Notes under the pieces: generated by a model | Database searches by the model: none | Told to the model about the DNA's origin: nothing | Seen by the model: the letters and a program-made list of their open reading frames with translations, nothing else | IMG/VR virus record: IMGVR_UViG_3300036793_000015 | Location: 1 to 33,094 of that record | DNA from: a virus | Taxonomy: Duplodnaviria; Caudoviricetes | DNA: 33,094 nt | Reading direction: 5' to 3' (one strand) | Position numbers and translations under genes: made by a program | In this document: piece after piece, positions 24,445-33,094 of the stretch | How the letters are laid out: each line of letters starts with the position of its first letter | How positions within the stretch are numbered: position 1 is the first letter of the stretch

Positions 24445-25975
24445 TCAGATTTTCCAGCAATACGTGGTGGAGCTTGGCTGGGATATCAATTCGAACCAGT
24501 TTGCCAAGTTCAATGAAGTCCTGCGGCAAACGGGGCGCGCGGTTTCAGAATTGACTAGCGGGTTAGCTTCAGAGTTCATCTTGGCAGGCACCGCCGTCAC
24601 GGGCGCTCTTGTCTCCATGGCAGGGGCAACTATTGGCCTGATCGACCACGTAGCGCAATCCGATTTGCAGTTCCAGATTTACGCGCGGCGTATGTTTGCC
24701 AGCACAGACGCAGCCAAGCAGATGAAGATTGCCACAGATGCCTTGGGAGTATCGCTTGGAGACATTCTCTGGGGGCCGCCGGAACTCCGGGAGCGCTACC
24801 AGCAGTTAATCAAAGATCAAGGCGTTCTAAATCGAGGACTAGGCGGAGAGAGTTTCGAAGAGCAGATGCGGCATATTCGGGACATTCGCTTTGAATTTAC
24901 GCGGATGACGATCGCTGGGCAGTATCTGGCTATGAGCCTAGTCAAGAACCTGAGCATGGCACTCTTTGGAGATGAGAACGGTATCTTGCGTAAACTGCGG
25001 GAATTCAACGATTGGTTCGAGACGAACATCCCCACTATTTCAGCGGCTATTTCAAAGTATCTCGTTCCGGCACTGCATGATACGTGGAGCATTCTTCAGG
25101 ACATTGGTGACATCGGGAAAATGGGACTCTCGTTTGTGCTCAAGATTATCGGGGAATTTTACAACGATCCCGGCTTGAAAACGGGAACTGTGAATCTCGA
25201 CAACATGGGCAAGGCACTCGATCACATTTCAGGCTCGCTCAAAACTATCTTCGACGGTCTTGATGCCATTGCAAAGGCCATAAGCGCTAATCCGTGGCTC
25301 TCCCATATTTTAGGTGGGGCAGCGGTCGGAGCTGCGGCTGGGAGCTTTATTCCGGGCATAGGAACACTCGGCGGAGCAGCGATTGGCGGCGTTCTCGGCG
25401 GCATGGATCAAGCGTTCAATGAGCACGAATACAAGAATGCTGGCAGCGCCAAGATGATGGCCTACCTTGCCGCACAACGGCATGGCGTCGATCCCGCTCT
25501 TTTCATGGCTCTAATCGAGCGCGAGTCTGGATGGAATGCCCACGCGCAGAATCCGAATAGCTCAGCTTACGGCTACGGGCAGTTCATCAAAAAGAACTGG
25601 AATATGTACGGCATGAATGCGCTCGATCCTGAGCAGAACATGGACATGGCTGCGCATTACCTCTCGGATCTGATTAGGAATAATCGAGGGGATGTCAGTA
25701 AAGCCTTGCGGCAATACGGCCCATCTCCAGCCGAGCAGCCTGCGTATCAGGACTACATCTTCAAGCACCGGGAACGCTATAACGAGGCGATTGGCGCTGG
25801 AGCGTTCCGGCCAACAAGCGGCACGGCGGGAAATGTTTCAATCCAGGTTGGTGACACTCATGTCCACGTGGAAAAGCCCAATGCGTCAAAGGAAGAGATT
25901 GCGGCCGTTGTACGCACCGAGAATGAACGCTCAGCCAAGGTAATCATGGCCCAGTTCCAAGGGGTGTATGCGTGA
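24437..25975 (+). CDS. Tape measure protein with lytic transglycosylase (SLT) domain
   Basis: Helical N-terminal part, Gly/Ala zipper, then LFMALIERESGWN...SSAYGYGQF...NMDMAAHYL. Confidence 0.9.
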   Translation: MNNQIFQQYVVELGWDINSNQFAKFNEVLRQTGRAVSELTSGLASEFILAGTAVTGALVSMAGATIGLIDHVAQSDLQFQIYARRMFASTDAAKQMKIATDALGVSLGDILWGPPELRERYQQLIKDQGVLNRGLGGESFEEQMRHIRDIRFEFTRMTIAGQYLAMSLVKNLSMALFGDENGILRKLREFNDWFETNIPTISAAISKYLVPALHDTWSILQDIGDIGKMGLSFVLKIIGEFYNDPGLKTGTVNLDNMGKALDHISGSLKTIFDGLDAIAKAISANPWLSHILGGAAVGAAAGSFIPGIGTLGGAAIGGVLGGMDQAFNEHEYKNAGSAKMMAYLAAQRHGVDPALFMALIERESGWNAHAQNPNSSAYGYGQFIKKNWNMYGMNALDPEQNMDMAAHYLSDLIRNNRGDVSKALRQYGPSPAEQPAYQDYIFKHRERYNEAIGAGAFRPTSGTAGNVSIQVGDTHVHVEKPNASKEEIAAVVRTENERSAKVIMAQFQGVYA

Positions 25976-26694
25976 GCAGTTTCTTCTTTCAGGTTGCGCC
26001 GATCTCGGTAGCCCCTACTCCGGGAGACGCTCCATCGGTTAAGCCGTGGTCTCCACCGCAGCGGAACCTGCCACAGAAGTTCTATATCACCGCGAACATT
26101 CCGACAACTGAAGTCGTACAGTCCTCAATCGTATTTAACGGTCAAAGTCAAACGAATACTCCCACAACTACAACGAAGTTGACGCCAACCAGTTACTTCT
26201 TCGACGCGCTGTTGATGTCTGACCATATTCAGCGACTCACAATGACGCGACATCCAACCCAGGCAGGCGCTTCTATCGTCGATCACGCCTACCTTGAACC
26301 ATCTGAGTTGACGCTGGAAATTGGAATGTCGGACTGCATGTCGAGTTACAAGGCAGGGCAATTTACGGATGCTGGATCGCGGTCGGTTTCCGCGTTTCAG
26401 ACACTTGAGATGTTGCAAGCGCTCCGTTCACCATTGCAGGTGTTCACAAAGTTAAAGTGGTACAGCAATATGTTCGTCACGATGGTGCGCGCCGTCGATA
26501 CTTCCCGAACAAGGTCGGCTTTGAGGGCGCACGTGACGCTATCGCAGGTAATCTCTGGAACTGTGCTCTCGACTCCGGTGTCTGCTCGGTCCGCCCAGAC
26601 TGGAACAACCAATGAAGGGCCGAAAAGCGCTCAGCCCATCTCGCCCGATTTACAGAAAGCGCTCAATTCCATGAAAAGCGGCGTTGGATTTTAA
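25972..26694 (+). CDS. Baseplate/tube initiator (Dit-like) protein
   Basis: MTRHPTQAGASIVDHAYLEPSEL; follows the tape measure. Confidence 0.8.
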   Translation: MSSFFFQVAPISVAPTPGDAPSVKPWSPPQRNLPQKFYITANIPTTEVVQSSIVFNGQSQTNTPTTTTKLTPTSYFFDALLMSDHIQRLTMTRHPTQAGASIVDHAYLEPSELTLEIGMSDCMSSYKAGQFTDAGSRSVSAFQTLEMLQALRSPLQVFTKLKWYSNMFVTMVRAVDTSRTRSALRAHVTLSQVISGTVLSTPVSARSAQTGTTNEGPKSAQPISPDLQKALNSMKSGVGF

Positions 26695-26699
26695 CCAGC

Positions 26700-27041
26700 A
26701 TGGATCAGGTCATTCCGCTGGATGCTGCCCCAAATCAAACATGGTCAGCCGTGGTCGATATTTCGGGTGGACTGCAAACCTTCGTTTGCGTTCTCCGTTA
26801 CAACGATGTCGCTGGATATTGGGTGTTAACGATTAGCGATAGCAATAACCAATTACTACTTGATTCCGTTCCGCTTGTAGGCGGCTTCTTCCCTGCTGGA
26901 AACCTGCTTGGACAGTTCGCGTATTTAAACATCGGATCACTTTATCTCATGAATATCTCCGGCCGGAATGCCGATCATCCAGACGCTACATCGTTAGGCA
27001 GCGATTTCATTTTGGTATGGAGTGATATGCCTAAAGCATGA
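26700..27041 (+). CDS. Small baseplate (plug-like) protein
   Basis: IPLDAAPNQT, LRYNDVAGYW, NLLGQFAYLNIG, LGSDFILVW. Confidence 0.8.
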   Translation: MDQVIPLDAAPNQTWSAVVDISGGLQTFVCVLRYNDVAGYWVLTISDSNNQLLLDSVPLVGGFFPAGNLLGQFAYLNIGSLYLMNISGRNADHPDATSLGSDFILVWSDMPKA

Positions 27042-28093
27042 GCACGACTGGAACAACGCCACTCTTCGGCAGGCGCTACGACATTCAGGTCACTCTCCAG
27101 AAAGAAGTGCTGACTATCGCATCCGATTCCTTCGAGCCAGAGCAGTTAAAAGTCACATTCGACATTCAGCAAGTCGCATTCCAGACGCTGTGGACGGCTT
27201 ATATATCCGTTTACAACCTCGATCAGGAAACCAATGCGAAGATCATGCGCGAGGTCAACTGGCAAGGGATGCGCGTTACGGTACGGGCTGGTTATCAAGG
27301 CTATCCACGCGGGTATGGAGTCATTTGGGATGGGCCAGTATTTCAGACCTTGTTCGAGCGGGAAAACGTGGTCGATTACAAATTGACACTCGTGTGCATT
27401 CTTGGTCTGTGGGACGTGGCTGGGAACTTCGTCAATAAGACATTCGCAGCTGGATTCACCCAAGCGGACTATGCAGCGAAAATCGCTGACTCTGCTTTCA
27501 ATAAGATCGGGGTCGCAAGAATCGCCTCGACCATTAAACCCAACAAACTCTCCCGCGCGAAAACGGTGTTCGGTAATCCGGGCCGCTATTTTACCCAGAT
27601 CGCAGAAGACAACAATCTTCAGTGGTGGCTCTCGAATAAAGGTTTGAGCATTACTGGTATCACGGATGCGAACGCAATCCCCGCGGAACCATCACTGACA
27701 TTCTCTCCTCCGTCGCTGCCAGTTGGCAACTTCGCTGGGCAAGGTTCAACACCGACCGATGGCATCATTATTGGCACTCCACAGCAGACGCCGTTCGGCA
27801 TCACCATGATGGCGCTCTTAGACGCGCGAATGCAGGTACAGGTTCCGTTCGTGAAGTTCAAGATTGACAACACCCTGATTCGTCGCATGAAGCAGTTAAT
27901 TAACCCGAACGATTCGCAGATTCCCGTGCTTGACGAAGATGGCATTTATATCGTTTCAGGGGCTAGATTCTACGGCGACACGCGCGGGAACGATTGGTAC
28001 GTGCAGGTTGATGGATTTACCAGTCTCGAAGCGAAAACGGCCCTCATGCGCCTTGCGGCAACGGCAAATACGAATAATGCAGGGCCACAATGA
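27038..28093 (+). CDS. Baseplate hub protein
   Basis: VYNL, AGYQ...GVIWDG, IIGTPQQT, DGIY...GDTRGNDWY. Confidence 0.85.
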   Translation: MSTTGTTPLFGRRYDIQVTLQKEVLTIASDSFEPEQLKVTFDIQQVAFQTLWTAYISVYNLDQETNAKIMREVNWQGMRVTVRAGYQGYPRGYGVIWDGPVFQTLFERENVVDYKLTLVCILGLWDVAGNFVNKTFAAGFTQADYAAKIADSAFNKIGVARIASTIKPNKLSRAKTVFGNPGRYFTQIAEDNNLQWWLSNKGLSITGITDANAIPAEPSLTFSPPSLPVGNFAGQGSTPTDGIIIGTPQQTPFGITMMALLDARMQVQVPFVKFKIDNTLIRRMKQLINPNDSQIPVLDEDGIYIVSGARFYGDTRGNDWYVQVDGFTSLEAKTALMRLAATANTNNAGPQ

Positions 28094-28776
28094 CCGAAGC
28101 TAGCAGCAGTTTCCTTAATCTCGCGCAGCGGCTAGGTATAAATGCTGAGCAGTGGAACATGCTGCTCTGGCAAGCGCTCTGCGATCTCCGGGTAGCAATG
28201 CCGTGCCAAGTCGTATCATTCGATGCCACAAAGCAGACGGTCAGTGTTCAGCCGACCATCCGCGAGAACATCAATCTGCATTCAGTTCCAACGCCCACTG
28301 CGCTCCCGGTGCTTGAGGATGTCCCGATTCATATTCTTGGAGCTGGGAACTTTGTCGTAACTGTGCCGATTCAGGCTGGCGATGAGTGCGTAGTTCTTTT
28401 CGCGGATATGTGTATTAACGCTTGGTGGGAAAAGGGCGACATACAGAATCAGGAAGATCGCCGCAGACATGACCTCTCGGACGGCATTGCCATCTTCGGA
28501 TTGAAGTCACAGCCAAACCGCATCACGAATTACTCAACCGACAAGATGCAAGCGCGATCGCTTGATGGCACGGTTGTGGTCGAGTTGGGGACAAATGAAA
28601 TAGCGGTGACAGCGCCAACTGTGACCATCAATGGTTCGACGAAAGTGGAAATTGATTCCGCCAATCTCGTGAACATTAATGGTTCTGGACAGACCCACGT
28701 GGATGGGAAGATTTTTCTCCAGCACAAACATACAGGTGTACAAACTGGAGGCGGCGTGAGCGGCCCAGTATTCTAA
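28090..28776 (+). CDS. Baseplate spike (Gp138-like, membrane piercing)
   Basis: VAMPCQVVSFD...VSVQP, GDECVVLFADMCINAWW, RRHDLSDG, metal-binding HKH apex (HKHTGVQTG). Confidence 0.92.
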   Translation: MTEASSSFLNLAQRLGINAEQWNMLLWQALCDLRVAMPCQVVSFDATKQTVSVQPTIRENINLHSVPTPTALPVLEDVPIHILGAGNFVVTVPIQAGDECVVLFADMCINAWWEKGDIQNQEDRRRHDLSDGIAIFGLKSQPNRITNYSTDKMQARSLDGTVVVELGTNEIAVTAPTVTINGSTKVEIDSANLVNINGSGQTHVDGKIFLQHKHTGVQTGGGVSGPVF

Positions 28777-29172
28777 ATGTCCGCCACCATCACATGCCGC
28801 GCGCTCGGGCCATCCAACGATCCACAGCAGGGACAAGGTCAAGCAAACTTCCTCAGCGATCTGGACGCTGTTGCTCAAATCATCCACCAAAGACTCCTGC
28901 TATTTCAGGGCGAGTGGTGGGAGAACGCGATTGAAGGACTCCCGCTCTGGCAGAAGATATTAGGGGTTGGCGGCGCGAACAATACGCAAACCATCTCACT
29001 GATTCTTCAAGCGAGAATTCTGGCTACGCCCTACGTCACAGGCCTCAGCAATGTATCAGCAACCTTCAATGCGTCATCTCGTGCATTCACGTTTTATTGT
29101 GAAGTGCAGACACAGTTCGGATCACTCGCAGTGACTAATTCTCCAACCCCTACCAGCAGCGGACAGATTTAA
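28777..29172 (+). CDS. Baseplate wedge/sheath initiator (gp25/gp46-like)
   Basis: AVAQII.QRLLLFQGEWW...GLP, RILATPYV, VQTQFG. Confidence 0.85.
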   Translation: MSATITCRALGPSNDPQQGQGQANFLSDLDAVAQIIHQRLLLFQGEWWENAIEGLPLWQKILGVGGANNTQTISLILQARILATPYVTGLSNVSATFNASSRAFTFYCEVQTQFGSLAVTNSPTPTSSGQI

Positions 29173-29175
29173 CCT

Positions 29176-30366
29176 ATGGGAAGCTACGCACCGCCATCAA
29201 TCAGTGCCGCAGGGCTCACGATTCCTAGCTACACGCAGATTTTAAATTATCTAATCGCTCAGTATCAGGCGATCTACGGTCAAAGCGTGTATTTAGGAGT
29301 TGATTCGGCAGACTATCAGGAGATATCCCTCTTCGCTTCGATGGCCGCTGATGTTCTAAAAACAGCGCAGCTCACATGGAACAATCAGTCTCCGCAGACG
29401 GCTGTTGGTGCGGGCCTCGACAGCATTATCAAACTGAATGGCCTGCAAAGGCTGATTGCAAGCTATTCAACAGTTGTACTCACAATCACAGGAACGCCGG
29501 GAACGGTCATCACGAACGGCATCGTGCAAGATTCGATCTATGGCTACAACTGGAACCTGCCAGCAAGTGTGACTATTCCAAATACAGGAACTATAACGGC
29601 AGTTGCTCTTTGCCAGCAGATTGGGGCAGTCGCTATCTTGGCAGGGCAGATTTCTACCAGCGGGATAGTGACACCGACGCTGGGATGGTTGACGGTCACA
29701 AATGCAGGGCCATCGGTACCAGGTCAGCCAGTTGAAGTCGATGCCAAGCTACGCTCCAGGCAAGCATTATCAGTCGCGTTACCTTCGATTTCCCTGCCGG
29801 CTGGAACGCTCGCTGCTATTGCTGCCGTCTCTGGAGTTACGCGTTACGCGATGGATGAAAACAGTACAGCGACAACAAATGGGAACGGAACGCCGAGCCA
29901 CTCGATTGCTCCCGTAGTCGAAGGTGGAACAGATTTAGATGTGGCGAGTGCGATTTATTACAACCGCGGATTAGGTTGCGGAACTTACGGCACGACAACC
30001 GTTGCGGTCACGGATGCCATTTCGCAAATTGTTTCGAACATCAATTTCTATCGCCCTACATATGCGCCGATTTATGTTGTCATCACCGCTCACCTGTTGC
30101 CGGGAGGATCGTCAGCAACCCTGACAGCAATGTCGGATGCGCTCGTCACGTATTTGAATAGTCTGCAAATAGGTGAGTTGGTGAGCTACGGAGCATTGGT
30201 CTCCGTTGCGATGTCAGTAAATCCAAACCTCACGCTTCCGATTGTCTCTGTGCGGACACTCTTCTTTGGCACCTCTGCATCCCCAACGACTACAACCGAC
30301 GTTGTCATGGCCTTTAATGCAGTCGTGCAGGGCATTGCTGGAGACATCTCGATCACTGCGGTATAA
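29176..30366 (+). CDS. Baseplate J/gp47-family protein
   Basis: SPQTAVGAGLD, EVDAKLRSRQ, PSHSIAPVVEGG, INFYRP. Confidence 0.92.
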   Translation: MGSYAPPSISAAGLTIPSYTQILNYLIAQYQAIYGQSVYLGVDSADYQEISLFASMAADVLKTAQLTWNNQSPQTAVGAGLDSIIKLNGLQRLIASYSTVVLTITGTPGTVITNGIVQDSIYGYNWNLPASVTIPNTGTITAVALCQQIGAVAILAGQISTSGIVTPTLGWLTVTNAGPSVPGQPVEVDAKLRSRQALSVALPSISLPAGTLAAIAAVSGVTRYAMDENSTATTNGNGTPSHSIAPVVEGGTDLDVASAIYYNRGLGCGTYGTTTVAVTDAISQIVSNINFYRPTYAPIYVVITAHLLPGGSSATLTAMSDALVTYLNSLQIGELVSYGALVSVAMSVNPNLTLPIVSVRTLFFGTSASPTTTTDVVMAFNAVVQGIAGDISITAV

Positions 30367-30378
30367 GGGAGAACTCTC

Positions 30379-31554
30379 TTGAAAAGTGCATTCCTATTTG
30401 GATTATTGATTCTGTTGTCAGCTGTTGCGCTGGCGCAACCTCCAGGCGGTACAGCGGCGATAGTCGAAGGCCCGAACACATTCGTTCAGCAGCAAACTTT
30501 CGATGTACCTGCCGTGTTTATGGAAAGTGGCTGTATATCTGGCATCCCCGGCGCTGACATTTTGTGCGCAGATTCCACGTCTCACCGTTTCAAGATTACC
30601 TTGAACAATGGCACGGCAGTGTTTGTTCCGGGTATTTCTCCGGGAGCCAACGGCCACGTTCCAGTATTCGATTCCACAGGCTATAACTTAGTGGACAGCA
30701 ATACTGTGCCTGGCAATGGAACCTTAACGCTTCCTATCTATCTGAACACGACAACGCCCACATCGCAGTCAAATGAGTGCCAATTCGTTTCAGATGCTCA
30801 AGGCGGAACGGTAACCGCTACGCCTGTCATGCGTACCGTAGACGCATCTAGCGTTGGTCACGACGTTATGTGCGCCGTGACAGCAGCATCGAACTCGACA
30901 CAGGTAGGCAGTATCATTTTCCCTTATTACTCTTCGTTCGGGGCCATTGACTCTTCGCTGAACGGCGTCGGATCTCTTGACGTTGGCAAGCCCGGTACTA
31001 CCGCTTCTAACGGTATAGGTGGGTTACTTGTCTTAACGGATACAGGCGGAGTAGTTAGAAGAGTGGGTATTCACTTTCGCGCTTGTAATGGCCCCGGTAT
31101 TGGCGTCAGTTGCGGAACAGACTTCATCATGGAAGAAGATCCGCTGCACTTAGCGCGCGAAGAAATGTCAGCAGGCTTCGTGGGGGACGGTACAGCGCTT
31201 TATATCGGAAGCGTGCTCAATTCTACTTATCCTGGCATTTGCTTCGGGGGCTCGGACGCGCGCGCAGCGGGGCTGCTTTGCATTGACCGTGTATTAGGGC
31301 AGCCTAGTCATTTTGTGCGGCACACGACTAACGCTGACATGTGGGGGACGGTCACGATGGCCTCTGGTGTTGCCAGTTACACCTTTGGACGCTCGTTTTC
31401 GTCCACTCCAATCGTTACTTATTCTTGGCAGGGCGGGACGCTGAACGGAACGAAAGTTACGCCCGTGATTTCCGCCAGCGGCTTCTCGCTCACTTCGAGC
31501 AACACTTCTGACACGGCAACGTTTGCTTACACGGTCATGGGGAACCCAAACTAA
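30379..31554 (+). CDS. Fibre-like protein with N-terminal signal peptide
   Basis: AAGGGGAG RBS, TTG start; MKSAFLFGLLILLSAVALA|QP; fibre-type motif GHVPVFDSTGYNLVDS; C-terminal beta knob (YTFGRSFSSTPIV...GFSL...AYTVMG); 8 Cys. Confidence 0.8.
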   Translation: MKSAFLFGLLILLSAVALAQPPGGTAAIVEGPNTFVQQQTFDVPAVFMESGCISGIPGADILCADSTSHRFKITLNNGTAVFVPGISPGANGHVPVFDSTGYNLVDSNTVPGNGTLTLPIYLNTTTPTSQSNECQFVSDAQGGTVTATPVMRTVDASSVGHDVMCAVTAASNSTQVGSIIFPYYSSFGAIDSSLNGVGSLDVGKPGTTASNGIGGLLVLTDTGGVVRRVGIHFRACNGPGIGVSCGTDFIMEEDPLHLAREEMSAGFVGDGTALYIGSVLNSTYPGICFGGSDARAAGLLCIDRVLGQPSHFVRHTTNADMWGTVTMASGVASYTFGRSFSSTPIVTYSWQGGTLNGTKVTPVISASGFSLTSSNTSDTATFAYTVMGNPN

Positions 31555-32016
31555 ATGAAACTACTCTGGTTGTTACTTCTTGTACCGTTATTTGCTGCGG
31601 CGCAGACCTTACCCGATGTGCCTACTCCACAGCGCCAACAATGCGGATCGGTGCCTTGCTGGGACTATAGCGAGCCACACTGGACGAACATGCAGACGCT
31701 CAAGAGTAAACGTTTTGTTATTCCGCTCGGCGTGATCGTCGCTTCTGATATCGCTGACCGCATTTACAGCGTGCAAGTCATCCACAATACGTCCTGTGTG
31801 GAAGGAAACTCCAATCTTCCGCTAAAGCCAACTTACTCGGATATGTTTAAGAATTGGGGCGCGGAAGTTGGCGGAGAGGCTATGCTTGCCGGAATGAACT
31901 TTATGCTCATCAAAACAGGCCACAAGGCTTTTTCCTACATGTGGGCTGGCGAAGCGGGCTACGCTGCGTTTATTCATCTCAAGGCTATTCACAACGGCTT
32001 TGCCTGTAGGCGATAA
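31555..32016 (+). CDS. Exported/membrane hypothetical protein
   Basis: MKLLWLLLLVPLFAAA|QT signal peptide; amphipathic helices; 4 Cys. Confidence 0.75.
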   Translation: MKLLWLLLLVPLFAAAQTLPDVPTPQRQQCGSVPCWDYSEPHWTNMQTLKSKRFVIPLGVIVASDIADRIYSVQVIHNTSCVEGNSNLPLKPTYSDMFKNWGAEVGGEAMLAGMNFMLIKTGHKAFSYMWAGEAGYAAFIHLKAIHNGFACRR

Positions 32017-32019
32017 GTT

Positions 32020-33094
32020 TTGTCCAGTCCAATCCTGTTCTATTTTGTCGATACGTCTGGAGCGCAGTGGCAGGCAACTGCGTTTGAAGGCAGACCTCGG
32101 ACTATTGGGCCAACATCCGGCCAGCCGAATGCCGTTGCGTCTGTCTCCCTGAACGATACAGTACTGCCACGACAGAGTTGGAAGATAGTCATAGCGACCA
32201 ACCCTCCCCCATCCGGCGAAACGTGGGGCGCTCCACATTGGGATTCAATCACCTACAGCAGACTTTACCCAAAGCAGTTGTTGTTGAATGATGTCGATTC
32301 GAATGGCTTGCCGATCACGTACTTCTGGCAAGTGGCAAATGGACGATTGCAGGGTGGCACTTACATTCCAGACTGCTTCCCGTCGATAGATTACTACCGG
32401 AACCTGCTGACCTCGGAGTACCAGAACGCGCCACTACTGAAACGCTGGCTGACGGTATTGCTGACGCTTCTGTGTCAGGCATCGGTGTGCATTCAATCAA
32501 TCACCAGCAACTTTGATCTTGATGAGGCAGTTGGTGTTCAGCTTGACGTGCTCGGGGTAATTGTTGGTGTTTCCCGCACGATTGCATTCCAGCCAACTGG
32601 AGGATCACTGCTCAGTGCTAGTCCTCACAATAACTGGGCGACGTTAGGCTACACGAATGGCGATGTGGTGACAGTTGTTCAAGCAGGCGCTTCGGGTGGC
32701 CAGATTAAATTGCGGATTTACACCCCTCCTTATGTTCCGCCTCACACGTTTTATTCTTTCTCGGTTGTAACCGCTGGAGTTGGTTACCTGAGCGCAACTA
32801 ATTTAGCCATCACAGGCGGTACGGGAACGGGCGGGATGGTTGATATCACATCTTCCCCGCAGACAGGTTCTGGAGCGGCTGTGCTCGATGATGACACTTT
32901 CCGCATTCTCATTCGCGCGAAGATCGCACAGAACAACTGGGATGGACAGCTAGCTTCTCTCTATAGGATCTGGCAGCAACTATTTCCCGGTGGGCAGATC
33001 ATCGTTGTTGATAACTTCAACATGAGTGCGACTATTTTCCTGACTGGAGTATTTACCCCCATCTTGCAGCAATTGGTGCAGGCAGGCTATATCA
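32020..33094 (+). CDS. DUF2612-like baseplate wedge protein with N-terminal extension and inserted domain (3' truncated)
   Basis: Absent from the ORF track because there is no stop in the window; hand translation from TTG 32020 gives YYRNLLTSEYQNAP, FDLDEAVGVQLDVLGVIVGVSR, LDDDTFRILIRAKIAQNNWDG, DNFNMS. Confidence 0.9.
   Translation, partial: MSSPILFYFVDTSGAQWQATAFEGRPRTIGPTSGQPNAVASVSLNDTVLPRQSWKIVIATNPPPSGETWGAPHWDSITYSRLYPKQLLLNDVDSNGLPITYFWQVANGRLQGGTYIPDCFPSIDYYRNLLTSEYQNAPLLKRWLTVLLTLLCQASVCIQSITSNFDLDEAVGVQLDVLGVIVGVSRTIAFQPTGGSLLSASPHNNWATLGYTNGDVVTVVQAGASGGQIKLRIYTPPYVPPHTFYSFSVVTAGVGYLSATNLAITGGTGTGGMVDITSSPQTGSGAAVLDDDTFRILIRAKIAQNNWDGQLASLYRIWQQLFPGGQIIVVDNFNMSATIFLTGVFTPILQQLVQAGYI

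Noticed and set aside
21756-33094. Tailocin or extracellular contractile injection system
   Set aside because: Terminase, portal, protease and capsid genes are in the same operon, so this is a phage tail
1-33094. CRISPR array, tRNA/rRNA, diversity-generating retroelement, integrase/att site
   Set aside because: No regularly spaced repeats, no recognisable structural RNA, no reverse transcriptase or template/variable repeat pair, and no recombinase seen by eye; small RNAs could be missed without a covariance search

Overview
The window is the packaging, head, lysis and contractile-tail region of a myovirus-type (pro)phage. The order is TerS, TerL, DUF1073-like portal, MuF, DUF2213 protease/scaffold, cement, DUF2184 capsid, DUF4054, neck, DUF3383 sheath, tube, chaperones with a -1 frameshift, tape measure with an SLT domain, and baseplate up to a truncated DUF2612 gene. 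A complete IS1595-family element with cargo (619-2711, 8-bp target duplication) lies upstream. All family calls come from motif recognition and gene order, not database searches; an Acidobacteria-like host is only my impression. Main unusual points: (1) the palindrome TGCAAATTTGCA occurs 4 times intact and is also the IS target, and two copies exactly bracket a 6.7-kb accessory block between MuF and DUF2213; (2) that block carries a stand-alone LuxR HTH, an ECF sigma factor, signal-peptide-bearing fibre-like proteins with paired cysteines, and a lysis cassette containing a stand-alone FixL-like PAS domain; (3) the portal is fused to a pyrophosphatase-like domain and a HiPIP-like Fe-S domain; (4) the tail sheath and the DUF2612 baseplate protein share the same inserted ~75-aa domain.
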